DNA of 63,785 bases, the filler included, from Octopus bimaculoides (taxonomy: Eukaryota): assembly GCF_001194135.2 (NCBI RefSeq). It is 6 parts of 5 records of this genome, joined end to end, with 100 filler letters (N's around TTAATTAATTAA, not from the genome) between each part and the next. Parts side by side here need not be neighbours in the genome. Positions count along the whole stretch, not along the records: positions 49,565 to 58,644 come from NC_068981.1; positions 58,745 to 63,785 come from NC_068984.1; 4 more parts are not named here. The stretch is one strand, 5' to 3'. Below the pieces are notes generated by a model, which saw nothing but the letters and a program-made list of their open reading frames with translations, did no database searches and was not told the origin of the DNA. Shown one piece after another: positions 51,646 to 63,785 of the stretch (position 1 is its first letter; every line of letters starts with the position of its first letter). A program made the translations under genes and the position numbers.

Positions 51646-54520
51646 TAATCTGCCACAATTCAAATGAAATATTACTTGCATTAATTTCATCTAGTTATTT
51701 ATGTTTTTTTTTTTCGCTATTGAGATATTTTATTTGTTGTTTACAAAATATATTATAAACAGTGCCAGGAGGTACAAAGTAATTTTTACAATTTGTAATA
51801 AATCAGTGAAAAGGAATATATTTTACCCCCCCCCACAAAAAAAAATTCAAAACCTAAAAACTGAGAAAGAAAACAATCATCAATGCTGCACCAAGTGCCT
51901 CAATTGGTCACACGCCACAAGGTTCAATGGAACCTACCGAAGCACGCCAACACATTCACAGCATTACACCATGGGTGATGGTGAGTCTAAAGCATTTTAT
52001 GGAACAAAACTGGTTAGGGATATTTTACAGCTCTTAAAAGAAATAAATACCAGACAAACATAGCATGCATGTTAAGAAATTGAAAAATAAGAGCATATTT
52101 AACTGGAACCAGGATGCAGTCAGAAGATTTAGATTAAAAATGATTTGTTTCATAACATAAGAAGAGATAAAAGCAGAACAATTTAAGAACTTAAATTGTT
52201 GCTATAAGATATTGGATGGTTAAGCTGGTGGTTTTTGTTTTTTTTAAACTGAATTCAGTGTATAATAGAGAAACCTCTTTTTTTTAGTTACTATATTGTA
52301 ATGATAACATGATAATTACATAACACTTATTTTGGGATCAATATTAAATTCTATTGGGATTGTGTCTTCTTAAGTTAAAGTAGAAGACTTGTCCAAGGTG
52401 TCATGCTGTGGGATTGATCCTGAAACTGTATGACAAGGAAGTAAACTTCTCGACCACATTGCCCAAATTACAGGCACTGAAATTATACCAACATTAGATG
52501 TCATATTAATTATTTTAATAGAATGTTTCAAAATAACTTTTCTCAAAAATTCTTGTAAAATGGAAGTCTTTGTTCATGCTCTCTTTAATATAATTTTTTG
52601 TTATTGAATATAGACATCTAAAGTTCTTTATCTTGTCTGCTCATGAATTATACCATTCTTATATTTATAAATACATACATAAATATTTGAGAATATATGT
52701 TATAAAATTATGTATTATAAAAATATCAATAAAAATTTTGAGCTCACAATGATGGATGGGCTTTATATTCTGATCTCTAATTAACTTTGGTGTATTACTA
52801 TTCATTGTGGTAAATTGCCATGTCATAGTTCTTCTACTTATCATCAAAGCTGTTTCTTGATAATAAAGATCATTTGTAAACTGAGACAAAGTAGAATATC
52901 TGGCACTTTTAAAGTAATAACTTATGATTTCTTTTATGAAGTTCTCTAATGTTTTCATTTTGACTTTTGATATTGTATCTTTAAAGAATTTTAATATTTA
53001 ACTGTAAGTAGTAATCTGTAATTTTTCAATTAATCAGAACTATTTTTATTTGATTTCATTATTTGCTATGTTAAATTAAGTCGATTGCTTTCATTCAAAA
53101 ATAGATGTTTATCAGTATGAATAAAAATAAACTTCCCTGTTGCTCTTTTTGTTTAATATATAAGAAAGAATAATTAACTGGGAGTACACAAGCACTTATA
53201 CATACATAAAGTTCATTATATAAATGTTTTCAGGCACTTAGTTTTGAATTTTAATTATGATTCAATGAAATTATTAATCAGTCTGAGAATAAAATAGTAA
53301 CAAAACAAAAATTAAATATAAATCTTATAGACCAACTTCAAGTATTCTAAATGTTTCATTAAATACATTTTCAAATGATAGTTTCAAATTTGCAATTAAT
53401 TTCTGTAATATTTACAAGCATTTTCTAAAGAAATATATATGATGTGATATTGTATTATACAAATAGTAGTTACAACACTGTTTTAGTTTTACTGCTACTG
53501 TGTTCTGAAATGATGGAAACTATGGCAGTAACAGCGATGATGATAGCAAAAATGATGTTTGGGAGTTAGCAAGTAAGAAGGAATTTTTTTGCACTGGTGA
53601 TAAGAAAGGGCTACCAAGGCACAGATAAGTGATAACAAGGTAACAAGTTGGAAAATAACTTCAAGCTGACATTAACTCAGTCATATTAGTTATAGATACA
53701 TGTGTTGCTCTAATCTCAAAGCATATATAAGGTTAGTCAGGGTTTGCTAACAAGGTTATCAATATTTAATTCCATTTATGGAAAGAGGAGATTGTGTGTA
53801 CATACTACATCTTTATCTTTCAGTCTCTCTCTCTCTCTCACACACATGAATATATATATCAAAAACATATGCAACCAAGTTAGCACTCTATTATATGAAC
53901 CCATATACCTGTACATGAATATGCCTACATAAATATAAACATACATACAACCTCATATAGAGGAAGGGAAAGGAAGCTGTTATGTTTATATCTTTTCTAT
54001 TGGCATTAGTAACATGTGAAATGATCCTAAATGACATCAGAAAGTAGAACATAGATTTGGTTTGTTGACATCTTAACACTGTAACATGACGTCTGTTAAA
54101 CATGTACATATATATAATCTCAAAGCATGTGCAGCTTGAGATATACAAGCAGGTCATCATCATCATTGTCATCATCATTGCCATCATCAATGTCATTGCT
54201 GTCTCTGTCGTAGTCATCATCTACTTGCCATATCAACATGGAAAATATGGGTTATCATGATCTTTGTCAGTTCTTATTTGGAGTTGCTGTTCTAGACTGG
54301 CTAGAGAATGGATTGGATGCTGTTCCTGATGCCAACTACAAGCAGAGAGAGGTTATCATGTCCTTGTCCCTCACAAGACTAATGGAGCCTTTCTACTCTG
54401 TCACATCCGTTCATTCAACAACAAATTACAGAGTGTACTGGGTGCATTTTGTTGTGGTGCCAGTTCTAGAGATGTTGTCATGTCCACAGTTTTCTTAAAT
54501 AGCCCTATCTACATTTTGTA

Positions 54521-54688
54521 TGCTACACAGTTTCCAACTACCAAATTCACTCACAAGGCATTAAGTGACCTGGGATATAGTAAAAGTGCCTTGTGCTTGA
54601 CACTTGCTCAAGGTATCAATTGAATGGGACTGAATCCAAAACCATGCAGTTCAAAGTGAGTTTCCTAACCACACAGCCATGCTTGCAT
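54521..54688 (-). mobile_element. SINE family C, 5' half, CpG-decayed
   Basis: CCAAATTCACTCACAAGGC...GGGACTGAATCC...CCACACAGCCATGC. Confidence 0.75.
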
Positions 54689-54827
54689 CTTGCCATGCCT
54701 GGATCTGATACACACACACACACACACACATGCACACACACAAACACACACATGTCTGGCATTCACCATGATAGATTGCTAGCCACTACACATTCTTTAT
54801 TTTCTCTCCTTGTTTATTTCTGTGTTC

Positions 54828-54863
54828 CTTTCTGTGGAAGAGCGTAGGCTCGAAACTTTAAAG
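54828..54863 (+). ncRNA. Variant minimal hammerhead-like motif within a ~200-bp element (54753-54957)
   Basis: CTTT-CTGTGGA-A-GAGC/GTAG/GCTC-GAAA-CT-TT-AAAG. Perfect 4-bp stems I and II; core A6 changed to U; stem III not palindromic in this copy. Confidence 0.45.
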
Positions 54864-55137
54864 ACTTTTTCACTTCTCGAGCGTTAAACTAATGCATTTG
54901 TTTGTTGTCTACACCACCTGTCTTCGTCTTTTGTTTTTTTTTAGTGAATTCTCCCCACACACATATAATGAAAGATTTGTTCTTCTGACCTGACTACATG
55001 AGCAGCATCCTGACTGTCAGACTGTGGACATAAGGAGACAAACTGTAACAACTTACGTCAGTATAGAAAGTAAGTGAGCTAATGTACAGGACAAAGATTT
55101 GATCTCTATAAACAAATCACACATACACACACACACT

Positions 55138-55650
55138 TTTACTCTTTTACTCTTTTACTTGTTTCAGTCATTTGACTGTGGCCATGCTGGAGCACCACCT
55201 TTAGTTGAGCAAATCGACCCCAGGACTTATTCTTTGTAAGCCTAGTACATATTCTATTGGTCTCTTTTGCTGAACCGCTAAGTTACGGGGACGTAAACAC
55301 ACCAGCATCAGTTGTCAAGCGATGTTAGGGGGACAAACACAGACACACAAACATATATACACACACATACTTATATATATATATANNNNNNNNNNNNNNN
55401 NNNNNNNNNNNNNNNNNNNNNNNNNNNNNNNNNNNNNNNNNNNNNNNNNNNNNNNNNNNNNNNNNNNNNNTATATATACATACATATATACAACGGGGTT
55501 CTTTCAGTTTCCGTCTACCAAATCCACTCACAAGGCTTTGGTCGGCCTGAGGCTATAGTAGAAGACACTTGCCCAAGGTACCACGCAGTGGGACTGAACC
55601 CAGCACCATGTGGTTGGTAAGCAAACTACTTATCACACATCCACTCCTAC
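55138..55650 (-). mobile_element. Full-length SINE family C (gap 55386-55470 lies in its internal microsatellite)
   Basis: Both halves present and colinear. Confidence 0.9.
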
Positions 55651-55789
55651 ACACACAAATAAATAGTACATATATAATAATCATAGTCTCTTGTGGTCTG
55701 AAAAAGATGATTCCACAAGTTTTTGTTGAATAACTTGCACGAATGATTTGTTTATAGTGATCGAATGTATGCACTGAACATTAACTCAG

Positions 55790-55978
55790 TCCCTCCATCA
55801 AATCGATGTTGGCTGATCAGGTGCATGGGGTATCACACATCAGGTGTTGAAGTGATTACAGAGCAATGTGACATGAAGCGTTTCACTCAAGAACTCAAAG
55901 CAACTCTTTGTCTAGGAATTGAAACCATGATCGTGTGAACGTGAGTACAACACCTTAACTACTAAGCCATGCACCCTC
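55790..55978 (-). mobile_element. Degenerate tRNA-derived SINE (family D-like head and core)
   Basis: CTCAAGAAC...GGAATTGAAACC...CTAAGCCATGCACCC. Confidence 0.6.
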
Positions 55979-56117
55979 ACTATATATATATATATATATG
56001 CATGAGTCATAACAGAGTGCATAAGTCAGGGAAAAAATGCACTTGTATATTTGTCAATAGAGTGGATATATCTGTCAATTGTCAGATATCACCACATTTC
56101 GAATTATATATTCTTTT

Positions 56118-56331
56118 ATTCTTTTATTTGTTTCAGTCATATGACTGTGGCCATGCTGGAGCACCACCTTTAGTTGAACAAATCGACACTGGACTTACTC
56201 TTTGTAAGCCTAGTACTTATTCTATCGGTCTTTTTTGCTGAACTGCTAAGTTACGTGGAAGTAAACACACCAACATTGATTGTCAAGTAATAGTAGGGGG
56301 ATAAACACAGACACACAAACACACACACTCA

Positions 56332-56412
<81 letters not shown>

Positions 56413-56575
56413 ACACACACGACAAGTCTCTTTCAGTTTCTGTCTACCAAATCCATTCACAAGGCTTTGGTTGGCCCGAGGCTATAGTAGAAGACACTTG
56501 CCCAAGGTGTCACGCAGTGGGACTGAACCTGAAACCATGTGGTTGGCAAGCAAGCTACTTACACAACCACTGCTA
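56118..56575 (-). mobile_element. Full-length SINE family C with internal (CA)n
   Basis: Colinear with 55138-55650. Confidence 0.9.
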
Positions 56576-57650
56576 CATGTATATATGTATACATGTATGT
56601 ATGTATATATTTTTTTAGAAGGTTGATTGTTATGGCTGGTCAGGGAGTGACCACTGGTTTCGCTCCTATAAAGCACTTAGCCTATACTGCTAAGTACTTT
56701 TTAGGTGCAAAACCAATGGTCATTCTCTGACCGGTTATATCAATCAAACTTCTAAAATATATTACTGTTCTAATGTTTTAGAGTGTTCTTCTTTGGATAT
56801 ATGAACTACTGACGAAAAATGGAAGAAGTCTTTAACATTTTGAGCCTATATATATAGTATGGCAGATGCTTACAACTATTGGAATCAGAGGAAAAGAGTG
56901 AAAGGTGTCTGTGGGCAGCATGGGAGAGACATCAGAAAGAGCTTTTTTGTTTGTTATGGAGCAGGAGAGAGTTGCTGAGCTGGAAGAAACCAGTAGGAGA
57001 TGATGAGCAGTGATTTGGCTACCTCTGCTGACCCACCAATGGGAGGGTGTTATGGTTCAGGGTTGAAACACCCGATGATTGTTGCATATTGACTGATGAT
57101 TTTAGCTCCTCCTGGCCAAAACTCCATTCACTTTGGTGAGTGGAAAAGAAACACCTTCTTCTCGGCAGTACCAATAAAATAACATATATATATAATATAG
57201 ATATATATATCCATTATACCCACCTATGTATGTATTTGTAGTAAACATATTATAGTATATATTGAGTATAAGTATATATACAATATATCTAGCTTCTTCT
57301 GTATATGCATATATGTATATAGTATGCACACACACACACACACATATATAAAGTATATGTGTGCATATGAATAATCATTATCACCCTGGGTTAGACCGAA
57401 TTTGGATGAAGTGGATTTTCTGCGGCTGTATGCCTTTCCTGTCACCAACCCTCGCCTACCAGATCCTGTGGAACCTTTCAAACCATATCAGTATGGAAAA
57501 CAAACTTAAAATAATGAAGATATAGAGCTTAGTTTCAGTAGAACTTTTTTTATAAGCTATGAATATTGTTTCCTTTGACTCAACAACTGGAAACAAAAGT
57601 CATTATCAAAATAATTTTATACATTTTACAATTAATATTATTTGATCCAA

Positions 57651-57855
57651 GGTGGTGAGCTGGCAGAAACATTAGCACACTGGGCGAACTGCTTAGCAGT
57701 ATTTTATCTGTCTTTACATTCTGAGTTCAAATTCCACCGAGGTCAACTTTGCCTTTCATTCTTTTGGGGTTGATAAATTAAGTACTGGGGTCAATCTAAT
57801 CGACTGGCCCCCTCTCCCCAATATTTCGGGCCTTGTGCCTAGAGAAGGAAAAAAA
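57651..57855 (+). mobile_element. SINE family B, 17-bp TSD (1 mismatch)
   Basis: AATATTATTTGATCCAA (57634-57650) and AATATTACTTGATCCAA (57856-57872). Confidence 0.9.
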
Positions 57856-58482
57856 AATATTACTTGATCCAAAAAACATAGAATTTCAAATTTGAATGCT
57901 TTAGTTTTGTTTCTTTTACTTCTGTGTTAAAATCTTTGTGAAGCTCACTTTGTCTTTCGGTCACCTGGGTTTCACAAACCGAAATTAAGAAACTAGAACT
58001 GATTAAGTTAACTAAGTCTGTTTATCTATCCTGCATAAACATGATTATTTTAATGTTTATTTATGGTCCCTATTTTTCTTAGCTGTGGGAAGTTGTCCAT
58101 TTATAGGTCTAAGGAACATGTTGCTAATCCTCTCTCAGTCTTGTGCTATCTTGGCAGTGAGGACCAATATCTTCTGATCTGTCCTAACCATACCTTTCTG
58201 ATTTTCTCTTTACATCTTTTATTGACATAATAAAACTTCTTACACATGCTACAAACAGGTGGTCCTTTACAAGAACATAAACCTTTCGTTGCTCACAAAT
58301 AGCACTTTGAACTTCACTTTCCTTTTTTCGCTCTGGTAACTATTTTTTCACTGTAGTATTAATTATGACAAACCATATATATATATATATATAATAAAGT
58401 AAAGTTGTGGAATACCGTACGAGTGGAAATATATATGAAAGAAGGTTTGAAAATGCACTTATTTTTTAAAAAATATTTATTT

Positions 58483-58524
58483 ACTTAACCGGTTTCACTT
58501 TTTTAGAAAAAGATTATCAAAAGT
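58483..58524 (-). ncRNA. Minimal hammerhead-like motif with U3-A8 variant core
   Basis: Minus strand: ACTT-TTGATAA-T-CTTTTT/CTA/AAAAAG-T-GAAA-CCGG-TT-AAGT, followed by AATAAA. Confidence 0.5.
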
Positions 58525-59239
58525 CTTTGAGAATAATAAAAAATGTTAAAAAACAGTTCGAGAATTAAAATGCATATATACATTCTTTGATGATAAAATA
58601 TATTTAAAGTATAAAGCTTTGTATGAACTTTGTATTGTTACATANNNNNNNNNNNNNNNNNNNNNNNNNNNNNNNNNNNNNNNNNNNNTTAATTAATTAA
58701 NNNNNNNNNNNNNNNNNNNNNNNNNNNNNNNNNNNNNNNNNNNNAGAAACAGAAATTAAACAACAAAAACTACATGAACACACTAAACTAAGTTCATAAT
58801 TTTGGATACAGTTAAGGTTTGACACCCCATCCTGATGTCAGTAGCAAACACCTGAGTACATATATAAATCACATTTCCACCAGTAATATATCTCTGGCTG
58901 TTTGAGTGTGTATGTACATATGTGCGTGTGTGTGTAAGTGTGGATATATATATAGAGAGAGAGAGAGACAGACAGACAGACAGGTAGATAGATAGATAGA
59001 TAGATAGATAGATACACACACACACAAATGTGTACAGTGGTGTTATCATAGATACTATATATAGTCAGGTACATATATACATCCATCCTTAGAATCAACA
59101 CTGTAATTGTTTTTCAGTGAGTAAAATAATTTCATAAATTACAAAACCACACCTACATTGTTTCAACGAACATCTTTATAAGAGTTTGAATAAAGAAGTG
59201 GGGGGGGGGTATGGAGACCTTCTAGATGGCCACAGCAAT

Positions 59240-59738
59240 AACAGCAAATTGTTTTGCAGTAACAAACCATCACATGGTACATACACACATACACACAAAC
59301 ACTTGTGAATACATAGATACATATATGCATGTATGTATGTGAGTATGCATATATACATATACACACATGACTAGCTGCTTACGTTAAGTTTTATATATAT
59401 ACATACATACACACACATAAATTACATATATCAATATATATGCATGTGTTGCATATGTATAAGTTTTTAAGTTTCAATATGTCTCTATAAGTAGTATATG
59501 CATTTTTGATCTGAAAGTAGTACAAACTAATACATATATCCATTAAACACACACACATACACATATATTATACACATATATATGCATGCATATTATATAC
59601 ATAAATATTATACACATATACATATATATACATATATATTACATACATATATATAAATATATATTACATGTATGTATACATATGTATTTCATATATATTA
59701 CATACACATATACATATATTACATATATACATATATAT

Positions 59739-59786
<48 letters not shown>

Positions 59787-60720
59787 NNNNNNNNNNNNNN
59801 NNNNNNNNNNNNNNNNNNNNNNNNNNNNNNNNNNNNNNNNNNNNNNNNNNNNNNNNNNNNNNNNNNNNNNNNNNNNNNNNNNNNNNNNNNNNNNNNNNNN
59901 NNNNNNNNNNNNNNNNNNNNNNNNNNNNNNNNNNNNNNNNNNNNNNNNNNNNNNNNNNNNNNNNNNNNNNNNNNNNNNNNNNNNNNNNNNNNNNNNNNNN
60001 NNNNNNNNNNNNNNNNNNNNNNNNNNNNNNNNNNNNNNNNNNNNNNNNNNNNNNNNNNNNNNNNNNNNNNNNNNNNNNNNNNNNNNNNNNNNNNNNNNNN
60101 NNNNNNNNNNNNNNNNNNNNNNNNNNNNNNNNNNNNNNNNNNNNNNNNNNNNNNNNNNNNNNNNNNNNNNNNNNNNNNNNNNNNNNNNNNNNNNNNNNNN
60201 NNNNNNNNNNNNNNNNNNNNNNNNNNNNNNNNNNNNNNNNNNNNNNNNNNNNNNNNNNNNNNNNNNNNNNNNNNNNNNNNNNNNNNNNNNNNNNNNNNNN
60301 NNNNNNNNNNNNNNNNNNNNNNNNNNNNNNNNNNNNNNNNNNNNNNNNNNNNNNNNNNNNNNNNNNNNNNNNNNNNNNNNNNNNNNNNNNNNNNNNNNNN
60401 NNNNNNNNNNNNNNNNNNNNNNNNNNNNNNNNNNNNNNNNNNNNNNNNNNNNNNNNNNNNNNNNNNNNNNNNNNNNNNNNNNNNNNNNNNNNNNNNNNNN
60501 NNNNNNNNNNNNNNNNNNNNNNNNNNNNNNNNNNNNNNNNNNNNNNNNNNNNNNNNNNNNNNNNNNNNNNNNNNNNNNNNNNNNNNNNNNNNNNNNNNNN
60601 NNNNNNNNNNNNNNNNNNNNNNNNNNNNNNNNNNNNNNNNNNNNNNNNNNNNNNNNNNNNNNNNNNNNNNNNNNNNNNNNNNNNNNNNNNNNNNNNNNNT
60701 ATATATATATATATATATAC
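59240..60720. repeat. TA/CA-rich microsatellite tract and gap 59787-60700
   Basis: Direct reading. Confidence 0.9.
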
Positions 60721-60899
60721 AGATTTAGTCTGTCACCCTCAGGACATTGTTGTGTCAGATCTTCCATTTGTACTCATTTTTATACATCTCTTCCCCCTCC
60801 TCTTCCTCAACTCTGTACACTCATAGTTCTCTTTTTCTAAATTTTTAACTATTCAATCAATCTTTAATCTCTCATATTTTGCTTTCCAAATAGATTTAT

Positions 60900-61120
60900 G
60901 TCACCAGGTCACTCTAGCTCTAATGTCTGAAGTCACCAGTTTCTGTTGTGAATTGTCAATGGCACTGTGTACCCAGCAGATGGGTGATCAGGTGACTGGT
61001 TGCTTTTCTCAACTTAGTGCTGCACCTCATCAGGTCATTTGCATCACAGAACTCCGAGCACCATCTTCCCTCCTCATTTCTAGGACTAAATCCATATACC
61101 CCATGGATTCCATTGGGTAG
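60900..61120 (-). mobile_element. RTE-type LINE AP-endonuclease remnant
   Basis: Minus strand reads NGIHGVYGFSPRNEEGRWCSEFCDANDLMRCSTKLRKATSHLIT, resembling the RTE 'G.G.RNEEG..LLEFC..N.L...NT.F.K...HLIT' segment. Confidence 0.7.
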
Positions 61121-61937
61121 CTGTTGTCAATTCTGTGTTGAACTTACCAACCACTAAGATAAGGCCTCTGTCATTTGTCATCAAGGCAACGAGTGAAAGA
61201 GTTTTGTAAAATCCATCCTTTTATTCATTTGTCACTCTCAATTGGGGAACAATATGCAAAGTGAAATATCCCGTCAGGTTTGAAGATGAATCTAGGTTGA
61301 ATTATCATACATACTTATATTAGATATATATATATATATCACATATACATTTATATACCTTTTATGTATATATATATACATAACAGATAAATGTACATCA
61401 TATACACAAATAAATATACGTCATAGACATATATAAATATACATCATATATATACATACATATACATCATACATATGATATATCTATATATGTGATGATG
61501 ATAATGCAGAAGGATCAGTCAAGTGATTGTGGTAAAACAGTTTGTTAGTTTCCAGCATAAACACAGAATGCACAAAGAAGGTAGATGACAATATTAAGAT
61601 CAATAACATTTAATTATCAATGCTTTAACAACAGTAATTACAACATTATGTAGCATCCATTGGATGTGCTTTTAGAAACAATTGTAGGACTCAATGACCT
61701 CTTCCATCCCTTTTATTTAAAGGTTATACACACAAATATATACATGCACACTCACTTTAATATGTATACATATATATCATATTCCAGCATATATATATAT
61801 ATAAACCCCAGTTTATCTAATTACCTAACAGTTGAATATTAAATATAATATTTAATACTTATTGTAATAGGTAATAAACCAGTATATTCATTGGATATTA
61901 TCATCCCTAAATGACATATTTAACCTATATATATATA

Positions 61938-62128
61938 TATAAAAAATGGGGAGGCCGGTTTTTCGGATCACCTTAGGTTTTACGCCCATAAAGGGTCTAG
62001 CTTTATGACATATCGTCAGATCCCAATAACCTGTTGGCCCATGGGATCTGACGATATACCATAAAGCTAAACCTCCTATGGACAGGAAACCTAAAGTAAT
62101 CCCATAAACAGGCCTTCCCTATTTCTAA
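61938..62128. mobile_element. MITE (~190 bp, almost entirely TIR)
   Basis: 61948-62025 pairs with 62042-62119 around a 16-nt loop. The inner CATATCGTCAGATCCCA/TGGGATCTGACGATATA pairing is near-perfect. Confidence 0.85.
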
Positions 62129-63229
62129 TGTATACTGCTCTAAATCTTAGCGTACTTCTTTCGGGTTTCTGTTTTTTTACAAATGATATATATATACATA
62201 TATATANNNNNNNNNNNNNNNNNNNNNNNNNNNNNNNNNNNNNNNNNNNNNNNNNNNNNNNNNNNNNNNNNNNNNNNNNNNNNNNNNNNNNNNNNNNNNN
62301 NNNNNNNNNTATATATATATATATATATATTTACACACATATATATATATTTACACACATATATAACCATACATATGATGAACAGTTTTCTTTTTGTATG
62401 TGTTTTGTTAAAACATGATTTTTTTTTCAACAGATTTCTCATATTCCTGAATAAGTTTTCTTTTCTTCATGGGAACCATACTTCTATCAGAACTCAATGC
62501 TAAAACACAAAGGGACACATCAAGGAATCAACAAAGAGCTAATGATTGGAAACCCAATGGTTCAAACTCATAAATAAAGCCAACAAAAGTTTGACTACAA
62601 TAAAACAAATTAACAAGTAATTACTGACTTGGAAACCTAACAGTCCAAAGACATTTGGTGGTAAAGTCTACATAAATATGATCATCATAAAAGAAATAAT
62701 CAAATCTATTTCAGAACCTGAAGATGAGACTGAAAAAGCTTGGAAATGTTGAAGATGGATTAGTGTATGGATACATGGAAAAGAAAAACTAAGAAAAAAA
62801 AGTAAAAGTAGAACATAATTATGATTTTCAAGAAACGCGTGTGTGTGTGTGTGTGTGTGTGTGCAAATGAGTACATACATGTGTGCATGCGTCAAAGTAT
62901 GAATGTTAGCATTTATCTGCATAAGCATTTATGTATAGCAGCATGTGTATAGAAGCATGGATGTATGTAAATATTTACCAGTTTTAATTTAATAAACTAT
63001 GATTAAGAGCAGTCAAACGAGAGCCAATCAGAAAGCAATAAAGTTGATTCAAATTCCAATGGATGCATTGATAAGCCATTGCCAGTGGGAGGGGACAAAG
63101 AGACGATAATTAGCATTCCTAATTATATCTGTGCTGATGATAAACGAAGAAACTGCTGCAATGTAGAGGCTAAAATATTACAGAGAATTTCAATAAGTGC
63201 AACACAGCCACCCGTTATCCACATGGTGG

Positions 63230-63250
63230 GTGTGTGTGCAGACACACATG

Positions 63251-63284
<34 letters not shown>

Positions 63285-63556
63285 CACACACACACACATT
63301 AATATACATACATACATTTATTTATATATACATACATATATACATATATATATATATGCATATATATTCACATATATACATATATACACACACACACACA
63401 TACATATATATATATACACACACACATATACATATATATATATACACACACATACATATATACACATATATATACTCACATACATATAAACATACACACA
63501 CATATACTCACATACATATAAACATACACACACATACATATATACACACACATATG

Positions 63557-63587
<31 letters not shown>

Positions 63588-63630
63588 TCACACACACACA
63601 CACACACACATATATATAATATATATATAT
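63230..63630. repeat. TA/CA microsatellite tract
   Basis: Direct reading. Confidence 0.9.
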
Positions 63631-63785
63631 ATAATTTTATTAATGAGGGTAGAAATTGATATTAATCAATTAAAACCAGTGGTCTAGCATATTAAAAAAA
63701 TCCGAAGATTAAAAATCATATTACATACAATATATATATATATAGATAGATAGATAATCTTTCATCTGCAATATGGGATGATGCC

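Noticed and set aside
52665-52958. 97-aa minus-strand ORF with faint bromodomain-like YSTLSQFTNDL
   Set aside because: An ORF of this length is not unexpected by chance over 14 kb in six frames, and the flanking domain motifs are absent.
53500-53640. NDGNYGSNSDDDSK... apparent exon with GTAAG
   Set aside because: In-frame TGA precedes it with no intervening acceptor; low-complexity GAT/GCA sequence.
62715-62745. CTGAAGA...GAAAAAGCTT hammerhead-like string
   Set aside because: No stem II and no U at position 16.1.

Overview
AT-rich, microsatellite-dense eukaryotic DNA from a gapped draft assembly. The SINE families and repeat landscape look like an octopus (cephalopod) genome; this is recognition from memory, not a database result. 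No intact host protein-coding gene, rRNA or genuine tRNA gene can be supported, and nearly all long ORFs in the track come from N-runs and simple repeats. The window is mostly transposon-derived. It holds dozens of tRNA-derived SINEs of at least 4 families, several with exact TSDs and several nested. It also holds three R4/Dong-type LINE fragments arrayed in (AAT)n, a second R4-type family tailed by (GAA)n, and two RTE-type LINE remnants. DNA elements include a full-length but dead Hsmar1-like mariner (24-bp TIRs, TA TSD) inserted in a SINE, an internally deleted mariner, a Helitron with canonical ends, several fold-back/MITE-like elements and a probable solo LTR. Two signals are absent from the ORF track. 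First, several minimal type-I hammerhead-ribozyme-like folds with palindromic stem III occur (a tandem pair 257 bp apart at 10.0-10.3 kb, and single copies at 44.9, 54.8 and 58.5 kb); each deviates from the canonical core, and one shows a U3-A8 compensatory change. Second, CpG content drops sharply at about 49.5 kb, suggesting the edge of a methylated gene body, with a few weak candidate exons beyond it.
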